32,905 bases of DNA from positions 1 through 32,905 of IMG/VR virus record IMGVR_UViG_3300020045_019262; one strand, written 5' to 3'. The notes beneath the pieces were generated by a model. The model saw only the letters and a program-made list of their open reading frames with translations. It was not told the origin of the DNA and ran no database searches. How positions within the stretch are numbered: the stretch's first letter is position 1; each line of letters opens with the position of its first letter. The position numbers and the translations under genes were made by a program. The DNA comes from a virus (Duplodnaviria > Caudoviricetes). Positions 9,621-18,592 of the stretch are shown here, one piece after another.

Positions 9621-10661
9621 TTAAGCTACAGCGTCTTCGTTATTAGCAATACCACCGCTTACACGGATTGGAATACCTCTGATTTCGTAATAAGGTGATC
9701 CAAAAGCCTCGCCTTTACCTAAACCATATTTTGTCAATTCATTGGCTTGGTTGTCCAAGAAATCATAAACAGTTTGGTTCATGTAAATTGCAAATTTAGC
9801 AGCTGGTTTCTCATTACCTTTGCCGAGTGTGTCAAAGTTCAAAGGAGCAAAGTTTTGTGGTTGGAATTGTAATTTGCTAATTCCTGACTTAATTTTCTTA
9901 ATCAAGTCAATAGGGCTTACAGCAGACAACTGAGAAATATCAATATTCGCTAAACGAGCATTGTTTTTCCAGTTAGCAACAGACAATCCGTAGTGCATGG
10001 TGAATTTTGTACCTGCAACTTTCAACACTTTGTTGTTTACAGTTTTGTTCCAAGTACCTTCGTCTTCCATTTGAAGACCTGCTTTTTCATTCTGAGGATA
10101 AATCCCATAAGTGAAAGCATCACCCCAAGTTACGACATACACAGAAGTATAATCACCACCAGAGTTTGAGTTAGAACAATCAACAACTTGGCTTCCGAAG
10201 TTTCCTGACAAACTGTTATAGCGATTTGCTAAACCATTAATTTGCCCTGGAACTTTTTTAGAGTTACCGTAGAAAATTGTTTCTTCAAAAGTGTTAGCAA
10301 AAGATTGCATGAAGCGTTTATCTTCAGTAAAGCGTGTCAATTCAGGATCTTTAGCTCTGTTCAAAATTTTAACGTCAACGTCACTACGAGCTTCATTGAA
10401 CATCATAGGTTCAATGACAGGTTGACCTGAACCTTTTGTAGAACCAACGCCTTCATTGAATTGTCCAACAGAGATTTCAGGTAAAGAAACATCTTGTAGG
10501 AATGTATGTGAGTCAGTTCCGTTAGCTTGAATCCAAGGCATATCTGCAAACATTGGATTGCTTCGAGCTAAAAGACTAGAGATTTTGTATGTTGGATTTT
10601 CAACACCATATTGCTGAGTAACTTCAGCAAGAGTTAAATAATTAGAACCTACGGTCGCCAT
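9621..10661 (-). CDS. Major capsid protein (BPP-1 Bbp17-like, HK97 fold)
   Basis: MAT...LTLAE...NPMFADMPW..AN...IFYGN...INGLANRYNSL...TSVYVVTWG...RLANID...RGIPIR...NNEDAV; lies after the scaffold gene. Confidence 0.92.
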   Translation of the reverse strand: MATVGSNYLTLAEVTQQYGVENPTYKISSLLARSNPMFADMPWIQANGTDSHTFLQDVSLPEISVGQFNEGVGSTKGSGQPVIEPMMFNEARSDVDVKILNRAKDPELTRFTEDKRFMQSFANTFEETIFYGNSKKVPGQINGLANRYNSLSGNFGSQVVDCSNSNSGGDYTSVYVVTWGDAFTYGIYPQNEKAGLQMEDEGTWNKTVNNKVLKVAGTKFTMHYGLSVANWKNNARLANIDISQLSAVSPIDLIKKIKSGISKLQFQPQNFAPLNFDTLGKGNEKPAAKFAIYMNQTVYDFLDNQANELTKYGLGKGEAFGSPYYEIRGIPIRVSGGIANNEDAVA

Positions 10662-10672
10662 GAGAACACCTC

Positions 10673-11341
10673 CTATTTTTTGGCAGTAGAATTATACAAA
10701 GTTTTGTGAATTGGTTTTGATTCAGGAGCAGGACTACCAGAGACAAATTTCCCCTCTGTTAATGACGCACCGATCTTAGACAAGAAACCAAACATCACTG
10801 GGTTTGCGGCCCATCCTGTTTCGAGAAACAAATTCTTTACTTCTGGACTTCCAAATTTGCTAATTACTGATTTAACAGCTTTTGCATTTTGGGTATAATT
10901 ACCTTTACCTAAGACAGGATCATTGATAATTTCTTTATTCCAAGAGTCGATAGTTGTTTGCCATTGTTTAGCCATTGTGTCTTGAATTTTGTTTGGAATA
11001 TTTGACAGAGACTTATAGTGTAAATCCATAAGTTCCTTAAACATTTCGCCCTTCATTCCTTTTTCTTTGGCATAGTTTTTGAAGCCTTCAAATTCTTGAA
11101 TCTCAGCTTCAGTTCTACCCTCCCATGAATCTTTAAATTCATCAGAAGGTTTCCAATCATAATTCTCAGGAGTTGAAACTTCCTCTGGTTTTGTTTCAGA
11201 GACTGCATCGTCGCCATCATCATTGGATAAAATATCAGATAAAGAAGTGTTCTCATCTGCACTATCATCTTGAGCCAACAAGGAACTTAATGATTCCTCT
11301 TGCACACTTTCAGTAGCGGTATTTGGGTTTTCATTTTCCAT
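10673..11341 (-). CDS. Capsid scaffolding protein
   Basis: Acidic N-terminus, PENYD motif, DPVLGK...FGSPEVK.LF.ETG...NPVM...KIG..LTEG; between portal and capsid genes. Confidence 0.8.
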   Translation of the reverse strand: MENENPNTATESVQEESLSSLLAQDDSADENTSLSDILSNDDGDDAVSETKPEEVSTPENYDWKPSDEFKDSWEGRTEAEIQEFEGFKNYAKEKGMKGEMFKELMDLHYKSLSNIPNKIQDTMAKQWQTTIDSWNKEIINDPVLGKGNYTQNAKAVKSVISKFGSPEVKNLFLETGWAANPVMFGFLSKIGASLTEGKFVSGSPAPESKPIHKTLYNSTAKK

Positions 11342-11349
11342 AATAAATC

Positions 11350-11670
11350 CTATGTTGGTAGTATAGTACCACTATTTAACAACTTACTCAATAGTGTAGG
11401 GTTGTATTTTTGCACATTTTTCAAGATTTTATCTCCAATACTTCTGCATCCGAGATTAAAATACATCCTATTAGGGTCTGTTTCAAATGTGGAAGGGGTG
11501 TTCATCCTGCATTCTCGTATGATCTCTAACAGGAATAATACACCTCCATCACTGTCCATATCAGAAAAGAAGTTCTTCAGATCTATATCTTTTAACTCCT
11601 GATCTGATTTATCTTTGGCTTCTTTCTCTGTCAAAGGTTTCTTAAAATGTTCTCGCATAAGAGATGTCAT
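11350..11670 (-). CDS. Bbp19-like small head-module protein
   Basis: G..FLLEII..C...STF...MYFNLGCRSIG motif; directly downstream of the portal. Confidence 0.75.
   Translation of the reverse strand: MTSLMREHFKKPLTEKEAKDKSDQELKDIDLKNFFSDMDSDGGVLFLLEIIRECRMNTPSTFETDPNRMYFNLGCRSIGDKILKNVQKYNPTLLSKLLNSGTILPT
11356..11371 (-). promoter_or_regulatory. TGGTA-N6-TACCA palindrome upstream of scaffold-capsid genes
   Basis: TGGTAGTATAGTACCA embedded in the end of the Bbp19-like gene, just upstream of the scaffold RBS. Confidence 0.65.
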
Positions 11671-13409
11671 AATAAGCCACCTATTGCGTTCATGAGAGGA
11701 CTATTCTCTGGAGATTGGACTTGAGACAACTCCTTAATACCTTGCACGCCCTGCATAGCCATTTGCATTTGTTGTTGCTGTTGGTTCGCTTGTTGACGCA
11801 TAGTTCTGTTTTGTTGAACCAATTTTGGATCTTTAAGCATTCTTGGGTCAATAGACAGGGTGTTTGCAGAAGAGTCTACATAATAATCCCAATCAACCTT
11901 GTCCAGAACTTCAGGATTAGCATTTGCTGCCATCATAACCATTTGAATAAATGACTCGGTTGGGATAGAACCTTGTACATTTTGGAGCGTATACAGGAAC
12001 GATGTGTAGACAATTTTAATTTTATCACCATCTAAGAGTTCTTTAGGAGGTTGACTGAATGCACCTCGTCTATACATGATTTTAAATATGCGTTCCATAG
12101 CTGGGTCAAGATATTCAGTCTGTAATCGTTGCAGAGATGGTGACAGGATGGATAATTTCTCTGCACGTCTCTCGTCAATCTCCCTTGTTGTACGAGGTTG
12201 AATACCCTGTAATTGGTGCAACATCAACCACAAATCTTTAAAGAAAGCAGAATTGATTGAGTTTTCTAATTTTTCAATTTCTAAACGTAAATTAGATGTG
12301 TCACCATTTGTTGCATAGATTGGTTTCACTTCTATTTTAGAATCTGGATCAACGTATACAATACCTCCAGGCTCAAATGTAGTAGGCTCATCAATCAAAT
12401 CATTTGGAACTTGAAGAGCAGGGTTTGAATATCTTTCTACTACATCCAATACACTCTTTTGTAATATCTGAAGTTGTTTAACAGCACCTAATACTTTCAG
12501 AGAACAACCAATGCCATAGGCTTCTGTACCATAACTGAACCATCTTGGGGCAAAGAAAGGTCTCTCTTCATAGCTTCTCAGTTGTAATATTTCATTTTTC
12601 TGACAAGCACTTGACCAATAGACCTCAATATATGTTCCTTTAGGCTTTCCATATTTATCATAGTCCTCAGATGGTTGCATACAATGATAAATAGTATAAT
12701 TTGTTGAAAGATTCTTTTTCTCTTTATAATTAACTCTAATTAATTCAGGAACATTATCTATTCCAAACTTCTTGACCATTTGGTACGTTGTCAAACTAAA
12801 TTCTCTGAACAAAGTTACAACTTCTCCAACATCATTTGTTTCGAGAAAGAACTCTCCTGGGTTTAAATTAACACAATTAAATAATTTCTCACCAGGATCT
12901 TCGTAAATAATAGTTGGTGCTGTACCAATAAGTGCAGAGTCATTGTAAACAACTTGTGAAGATTGATAAAAATTAGATCTCTGTAATGCAAAGAACATTT
13001 TATCAGAGACTTCATTCAACCATTTTTTAACTTCATAAGTGTCTTGTACATCTACAGAAGCAGAGAAGTTGAACCATTTTTTATCAAAGCTACTAATACC
13101 ACTTAACATACCAGATGCTAAAGTTTCCAAAGCATCTTGAGCTGTGTTATTTAAAATATGAAAATCTTCAACAGGACCACCGTCTCTTGTAGTCAATGTT
13201 GCGTTAATGTATTTCCCTTTTTGAGGCATCATGTAATCACAAATCTCTTTCCAGATGGGGAGATTTGGTAAAATATTCTGCTTTAATTCAAAAAGGCGTT
13301 GATCTAAGTCAGCTCTAAGTTCTGTATAATCTTTGGACAATGAGAATTCTTCAGAGTCTTCTTTCAACATATCGAGAACTGATTTATCTTTTTTTACTAC
13401 ACTGTCCAT
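11667..13409 (-). CDS. Portal / head-to-tail connector (T7 gp8, Bbp21-like)
   Basis: A..TLASGMLSG...WF...SNFY...PRW...YG.G...LG.VKQLQ...TTREIDERRAEKL..L.P.LQRLQ.EYL.P; Gln-rich C-terminus. Confidence 0.95.
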   Translation of the reverse strand: MDSVVKKDKSVLDMLKEDSEEFSLSKDYTELRADLDQRLFELKQNILPNLPIWKEICDYMMPQKGKYINATLTTRDGGPVEDFHILNNTAQDALETLASGMLSGISSFDKKWFNFSASVDVQDTYEVKKWLNEVSDKMFFALQRSNFYQSSQVVYNDSALIGTAPTIIYEDPGEKLFNCVNLNPGEFFLETNDVGEVVTLFREFSLTTYQMVKKFGIDNVPELIRVNYKEKKNLSTNYTIYHCMQPSEDYDKYGKPKGTYIEVYWSSACQKNEILQLRSYEERPFFAPRWFSYGTEAYGIGCSLKVLGAVKQLQILQKSVLDVVERYSNPALQVPNDLIDEPTTFEPGGIVYVDPDSKIEVKPIYATNGDTSNLRLEIEKLENSINSAFFKDLWLMLHQLQGIQPRTTREIDERRAEKLSILSPSLQRLQTEYLDPAMERIFKIMYRRGAFSQPPKELLDGDKIKIVYTSFLYTLQNVQGSIPTESFIQMVMMAANANPEVLDKVDWDYYVDSSANTLSIDPRMLKDPKLVQQNRTMRQQANQQQQQMQMAMQGVQGIKELSQVQSPENSPLMNAIGGLL

Positions 13410-13417
13410 GATTACTC

Positions 13418-13633
13418 CTACAACATTCCGCCTGTAGTGTTTACAGCACTATTCAATCCCAATGGATTGGTTGCAATAGTTTGACTGAGACCTGCGGCCA
13501 TTAATGCCCTACGTCTTTTTGAATCACTTCCACCAGAGCCTTCAGCAACAGCATCAGCAGGCAGGGAAGCAGGAGTTTCTTTAGGTGGGACTTGTTGCAT
13601 AGGAACAGGGTCAGCACTCATTTTTAATGACAT
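13418..13633 (-). CDS. Small virion protein upstream of the portal
   Basis: Pro-rich N-terminus, KRRR...GLSQTI.T.PLG; RBS AGGAG before ATG at 13633; typical position in T7/BPP-1-like head modules. Confidence 0.7.
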   Translation of the reverse strand: MSLKMSADPVPMQQVPPKETPASLPADAVAEGSGGSDSKRRRALMAAGLSQTIATNPLGLNSAVNTTGGML

Positions 13634-13651
13634 AATATTTCTCCTATAAAT

Positions 13652-13667
13652 TGGTACTATAATACCA
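13652..13667 (-). promoter_or_regulatory. TGGTA-N6-TACCA palindrome upstream of the portal operon
   Basis: TGGTACTATAATACCA next to the RBS. Confidence 0.7.
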
Positions 13668-13725
13668 TAGTCTTTCATCATAGTCAAAAGTATGTTAGAT
13701 TAAATCCATAATTTAGGAGAAATAT

Positions 13726-14037
13726 ATGGACGAATTGTTGCACTCTAAAAGATATAGACAGTTTATAGATGTTGTCGATGGTTTATATGAGTTTATACAA
13801 CAGAGAAATAATTTGGAATTCAGGATGCTAATCGACATTAATAATGATGAGTTGAATAATTTATGGCCTAGTTCGCACAAGATCACTATGTCAGAGGAAC
13901 GATCCGTAATGCAGAAACATCTTGAACGACTCAAAGAGAAATACAAGAAGGAAGGTAAAATTTACGAAATTCTACCAACGAACCTAAAAGAAGACTACTT
14001 GGCCGAGCTAAAACGAAAATTGAGTGAATTGAAGTGA
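13726..14037 (+). CDS. Hypothetical helical protein preceding an origin-like repeat
   Basis: 103 aa, RBS AGGAG, TGTTAGATT extended -10-like element upstream. Confidence 0.7.
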   Translation: MDELLHSKRYRQFIDVVDGLYEFIQQRNNLEFRMLIDINNDELNNLWPSSHKITMSEERSVMQKHLERLKEKYKKEGKIYEILPTNLKEDYLAELKRKLSELK

Positions 14038-14040
14038 ATA

Positions 14041-14400
14041 TGCCGTAACCTTTTTACTCAAAATGAAAGAAACTATAAAAAGGTTACGCCTGCCGTAACC
14101 TTTTTGGCTAATGAAATCAATAGGTTATCTAAAAAGGTTACGGCAGAAATAATAAAAGGTTACGGCAGAAAAGTACCGTAACCTATTGATATATAAAGTA
14201 AAAAGACAAAAGGTTACGGCAGGTTACGGGTTACGGCATAAATTTTCCTCCCACACTACCACAGCATACATATACAGGGATAGGTGTACGCCTATTGTGT
14301 TCGGTATATTACTATACTTATATTTAGGGGTAACTGCCGTAACCTTGTTATAAATCCTTGTTTTGTAAGGGAAAAAAGGTTACGCCTATACCGTAACCTT
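14041..14400. repeat. Iteron-type origin-like element (GGTTACGG/CCGTAACC), copy B1
   Basis: About 12 direct and inverted iterons around a central spacer; IHF-consensus AATCAATAGGTTA at 14115-14127; homologous to 29480-29810. Confidence 0.85.
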
Positions 14401-14408
14401 TTCCAAAT

Positions 14409-16835
14409 TTAACGCATTCCACCCATACTCATCAACAAATCTTTGACTTGTTTAGGGTCGTTCTTGTTTATAATCACACCTTGTTCAGCAAGTTGTTTCG
14501 TACTTTTGACAACATCCATCTTGTTAAATCCTGCAAGAGGTCTACCATTGCTCATCCAATCATCAACAGCCTCTTTAACTGTACTGTTGACTACCTCATT
14601 CCCATACAAGCCCCAGTACCCTGGCTCTTGTAATTTTACAGGAGTTGAGTCTTGTGTGAAGTTGACAGCTTCTTCATACAATTCTTTCAATCTCGATTGT
14701 CCTACAGAAACACGGCCTATATTCTTCTTTTCGGTTTCAACAAGGTTACTAAATATTCCCAGTGTTTCATAGAAAGATTGAACAGTTTTAGCCCCTTCAT
14801 CACTTGATGTTGACATTTGTCTAAGAGAATTGATGTCTGTACCTATTCTGAATTGATTTGTGTACAGTTTCTTAAAGTAACCCTGCTCTTGATTGAATGC
14901 TGTGATACCAGGATCTGTACCCTCATTGAGTGCTTTCTTAGCTCTGTCAATTTCAGTCTTGAGTTTAATGTGGTCTGTAGGTGTGAGATCAAGTTCGTTC
15001 GGACGGATGTCTAAATATGACTCAGGTTTTGACTGGAGTTCATAAGATAATTCAGCAAGTTTGTAATTTGATTTAGTTTTGTACTCTTCATCTCTGACTT
15101 TAGCTTCAGCATTTAAAGATACAGTGAGGGCTTTGTTTGCTTCAGGAGTGAGATCTCCAATATCATTAAACATAGGATGTGAACGAACAGAGTTATCAGT
15201 TACTGGTTCACCTCTTGATTTCAAATCTTGTACAATGCTATCCACAGTCTCCTTCTGTGTGACGGCTTTTGCGTGCAAGGATTCTTTTTGAGCCTTATAT
15301 TCGGCATCAAGAGCGTTCCTGTAGCTTTTTCGAACTTGTGGTGGTTGCTGTTCAATAGCTTTTCGACCCATATTGTAGAAGGCTTCAATGTCTTTAGCAC
15401 TCGAAAAGCTACCATCAGGGTTCTTGTTGAATTGAACTTGAGGTGTGCTAGAGGTTGTCTGTTGAACACCTACTGCCTTCAAGTCCTCTTTAAGAGTCTC
15501 ATCGACAATATCAACAGAGGATGGACTTCCTGAACCGAATATCTCTTTGATGTACTCCCGAGTTTCTTTAGGTGCTGATGCGATTATTTTATCAATAGGA
15601 GCGTTAATTCCTCCTGCTTTTGAGATAGCTTTGTCTAAATTACCAGGCCCCCAATTATAGGCCATCATTGTGAGAACATAGTTGTTGTGATATTTAGTCG
15701 CAAGTTGGGAAATATATTTAGTTCCAGCGTCGATATTTTTCTGAGGATTAAAAACATCATTACCTTTCAAACCTAAATCGCTAGCAGTCCCATCTATAAG
15801 TTGCATGAGACCCTTAGCCGACCCATATTTTGTCTTTGGACCAACAGCATTTACATTAAAACGGCTTTCTCTGGCCATAGTGTTGATGACAAGGGTTTGT
15901 GGTACTCCGTATTTTTGAGCTGATTGTTGTGCAAAAGTATTTAAATTAGAAGGTATTTGAGTTGTGTATTTATTCTTTTGAATATCATAGACTGCACCAA
16001 TTTGGGGTTGGGTGTCTTTAGTTGGAACAAATCCTTCTTTCAGTCCTTGGATAAAGTTTTCATCCAATACTTTTGTTTCAGATGGGATAAGTTTCTTTCT
16101 AATTTCACCGTAGATTGTAGGATTTAGTCTGTCTTTGATTTGGTCAAGATGATTTAGAGCATTGACAGGATCTGTATAACTCTCAGACACGATAATATTT
16201 TTGTAGGTTGTGTCCATGAATTCTTGTTTTTTAACATTAACCCACTCTAACGGTTTACCATTATCAACACCCCATTCCTCAATGTTATACAAGGCGGAAC
16301 GAATATTCATTTCTTGAGCATTTGGGTCAGCAGCTTTCAACGCATTATTGGAATACATTGCAACTGTACCTTTAAATGTGTCCTCCTTATAAACTCCAAA
16401 TTGTGTATCTCTATGTTTAGAATACGATTGTTGGCTTTGGGCTATCCTTTTGTCCAACATTGACTGCATCATTTGACGTTCTTGATTATCTTGCAGACCA
16501 TTTAAGACATCGTCCCTCTGTTTTCTAAGAGTTGAAATAGCATCTTCGTAATTATCCATAGCATTTTTACCCATGCTATTCGAATAAGTGGAGTCAAGAC
16601 TATCTAAAGTTGGGGCAACTTCATTCATGTATTTGGCTTCAACATTTGTTTTAGCAATGTCGGTCTTAATATCATAAACAAGGTTGGCTGTTTTATTTAG
16701 TCTCTCACCTAAATCTTGATATGCTTGCCCAACTCCTGCCCCAAAAGTTTCAGCAGAAGTGGAAGGTGCATCTTGATAGGGTGTAAAATTACCAGGATTC
16801 TGTATTTCAAAATTATCTATTGTAGGTACTCTCAT
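14409..16835 (-). CDS. Internal virion/ejection protein with lytic transglycosylase (SLT) domain
   Basis: MARESRFNVNAV...AKGLMQL..GTA...NIDAGTKYI..L...AYNWGPG...ETREYI; RBS AAGGAG before MRVPT at 16835. Confidence 0.88.
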   Translation of the reverse strand: MRVPTIDNFEIQNPGNFTPYQDAPSTSAETFGAGVGQAYQDLGERLNKTANLVYDIKTDIAKTNVEAKYMNEVAPTLDSLDSTYSNSMGKNAMDNYEDAISTLRKQRDDVLNGLQDNQERQMMQSMLDKRIAQSQQSYSKHRDTQFGVYKEDTFKGTVAMYSNNALKAADPNAQEMNIRSALYNIEEWGVDNGKPLEWVNVKKQEFMDTTYKNIIVSESYTDPVNALNHLDQIKDRLNPTIYGEIRKKLIPSETKVLDENFIQGLKEGFVPTKDTQPQIGAVYDIQKNKYTTQIPSNLNTFAQQSAQKYGVPQTLVINTMARESRFNVNAVGPKTKYGSAKGLMQLIDGTASDLGLKGNDVFNPQKNIDAGTKYISQLATKYHNNYVLTMMAYNWGPGNLDKAISKAGGINAPIDKIIASAPKETREYIKEIFGSGSPSSVDIVDETLKEDLKAVGVQQTTSSTPQVQFNKNPDGSFSSAKDIEAFYNMGRKAIEQQPPQVRKSYRNALDAEYKAQKESLHAKAVTQKETVDSIVQDLKSRGEPVTDNSVRSHPMFNDIGDLTPEANKALTVSLNAEAKVRDEEYKTKSNYKLAELSYELQSKPESYLDIRPNELDLTPTDHIKLKTEIDRAKKALNEGTDPGITAFNQEQGYFKKLYTNQFRIGTDINSLRQMSTSSDEGAKTVQSFYETLGIFSNLVETEKKNIGRVSVGQSRLKELYEEAVNFTQDSTPVKLQEPGYWGLYGNEVVNSTVKEAVDDWMSNGRPLAGFNKMDVVKSTKQLAEQGVIINKNDPKQVKDLLMSMGGMR

Positions 16836-16845
16836 TTTTATCTCC

Positions 16846-17454
16846 TTAATAAATACCGTTGTCACCTAGTGAAGGTTGGTCGAAAGATGAACCATACATA
16901 GACGATCCTGACATTCCGCTTGAAGAACCTCCGTTAAACATTCCCATATTGTAGGCACTAGAACCCATACTTGACAGAGTACCTATTCCTTGATTGAGCA
17001 TATTGGCTTTACCTTGAGCCTTAACATTTGCAGCTTGAAGGTTTAACATATCTGACTGAGTTGTGAAATCAATGGCTTGCTGTCTCAGCTTTTTGTCATT
17101 CATGCGTGTTTCATTACGAATACTCATAATGTCAGCATAACCATACGCCTTTGTACCAGCCTCCAAATCATTAACAGAGAGAGATGCGAGATCAACTCCA
17201 TTAGCAGCTAATGCCACTTTTTGATCCGCTAATGTGTTTCTGAGTTTTGTTCTAGCTATATCTTCTTTAGATGAGCCAGCTAATGCCGCTTCTCGTCTAT
17301 TTTTCTCAGCTGTAAGAGCATTGTTCTGTTGAATTTGTGCTTGGTAGCGTAGATTTTGGGCCTGTGCTTTTGACGCTTTTTGTCCACCAAACATAGACAT
17401 ACCACCACCTATTGCTTGTAAGCCCAACATTATAAATTGTCCGTATCCACTCAT
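16846..17454 (-). CDS. Internal virion protein (T7 gp14-like)
   Basis: Gly/Met-rich ends, Ala/Gln-rich helix, Q...LAANGVDL motif; between gp13-like and SLT ejection genes. Confidence 0.75.
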   Translation of the reverse strand: MSGYGQFIMLGLQAIGGGMSMFGGQKASKAQAQNLRYQAQIQQNNALTAEKNRREAALAGSSKEDIARTKLRNTLADQKVALAANGVDLASLSVNDLEAGTKAYGYADIMSIRNETRMNDKKLRQQAIDFTTQSDMLNLQAANVKAQGKANMLNQGIGTLSSMGSSAYNMGMFNGGSSSGMSGSSMYGSSFDQPSLGDNGIY

Positions 17455-17455
17455 A

Positions 17456-17932
17456 TTATTTCTCCTTTGATGCGATTGAGCTATGGATTGTTATTTTAAT
17501 AATACGCCCAATATCTAGAATTTCAATATCATCAGGCCATATCTTCTTTAAACGTAATGCAAATCTGTAGGCATTATCATTATCTTTTCTAATATAATTG
17601 TAAAGCTCATCATGAAAATCAAATAGTTGCCCAATAGCTTTAATAAATTGCTTCAAGAATTGAACTTTATGTTTGAATGTTTCATTCGTTCCTGTAAACC
17701 AAACAACGCCAGTACCTACAGGACCATGAGGGCTTAATCCACCAAGGAGACCAACAGGAGTTCCATCAATAATAACTGTAATCACTTTGTATGAATTATC
17801 TAAACTCTCTTTTATCGCTCGATAAGCTGACCTTCTACACAATTTATGAGCCTCATATTTATCAACTTCACGCAGATTTCTAACAATATGAGGTAAATGT
17901 TCCTGTGAATATGGACTTAATTGTAAAGTCAT
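17456..17932 (-). CDS. T7 gp13-like / DUF2833 acetyltransferase-fold protein
   Basis: NLREVDKYEA...G.PVGLLG...G.VWF.GT...LYNYI..DN..AYRF..RL; synteny. Confidence 0.75.
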   Translation of the reverse strand: MTLQLSPYSQEHLPHIVRNLREVDKYEAHKLCRRSAYRAIKESLDNSYKVITVIIDGTPVGLLGGLSPHGPVGTGVVWFTGTNETFKHKVQFLKQFIKAIGQLFDFHDELYNYIRKDNDNAYRFALRLKKIWPDDIEILDIGRIIKITIHSSIASKEK

Positions 17933-17945
17933 GGTATCCTCCTAA

Positions 17946-18027
17946 TAGTAATATAGTACCACAATACATTGATGTATTCAATGCTTACAACTTGATGTGG
18001 GTATGAGATTATGGTAATATTATACCA
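17946..18027. promoter_or_regulatory. Divergent control region with two TGGTA-N6-TACCA-type palindromes
   Basis: TAGTAATATAGTACCA (17946-17961) and TGGTAATATTATACCA (18012-18027), each adjacent to an RBS. Confidence 0.7.
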
Positions 18028-18040
18028 ATAGGAGAATTAA

Positions 18041-18592
18041 ATGGTTGATGATAATATTAGCGACAGAGTTATGGACGCAAGAAGACGATCTATAAAACTC
18101 GCTAAAATTCTAGATGACAGGAGATTGGACACTTTCAATCCTAAGATTGCTGAAGAAATACTGTTAGGTATGTCTAAAGGTGTGACATGGATTGAATTAC
18201 AGATACTTGGAACAATACCTATTGACTGTAATCCACACGAATGGGTCGCTGTTATCCCTGAATTTGCGGTAGAATATCACAAAGCTGAAAAGTTATTGGC
18301 AGATGCTATTGTGCATGAGGCTCTGTATAATACAAAAATATCTGGAGATGTTCGTGAATACAATAAGTTAGTCACTTGGTTAGCTCCAAAGCTCCACCCA
18401 CAGAAATTCTCTGAGAGATATGTCCACGTCGAAGACAGTAATATTGAAAATTATTCAGAAGAAGAACTCTTAGAGGCACAAAGACAACTTGAGGAGTCAT
18501 TTAAAGCCGAGTTTGAAGCCAAGCACAAAGAAGAATTTGCTAAACTAGATAAATCCAAGAAGAAAAAGGTGGCTTCAAATGATAAACTGTAG
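18041..18592 (+). CDS. terS: Terminase small subunit (Sf6 gp1-like)
   Basis: IAEEIL..MSKG...W....PEF..EY.KA....AD...W.A.KL.P.KF; overlaps terL. Confidence 0.8.
   Translation: MVDDNISDRVMDARRRSIKLAKILDDRRLDTFNPKIAEEILLGMSKGVTWIELQILGTIPIDCNPHEWVAVIPEFAVEYHKAEKLLADAIVHEALYNTKISGDVREYNKLVTWLAPKLHPQKFSERYVHVEDSNIENYSEEELLEAQRQLEESFKAEFEAKHKEEFAKLDKSKKKKVASNDKL

Noticed and set aside
14041-14400. Iteron elements as MITE/IS ends
   Set aside because: No transposase, target duplication or single terminal inverted-repeat pair; the layout matches the primase-adjacent origin.
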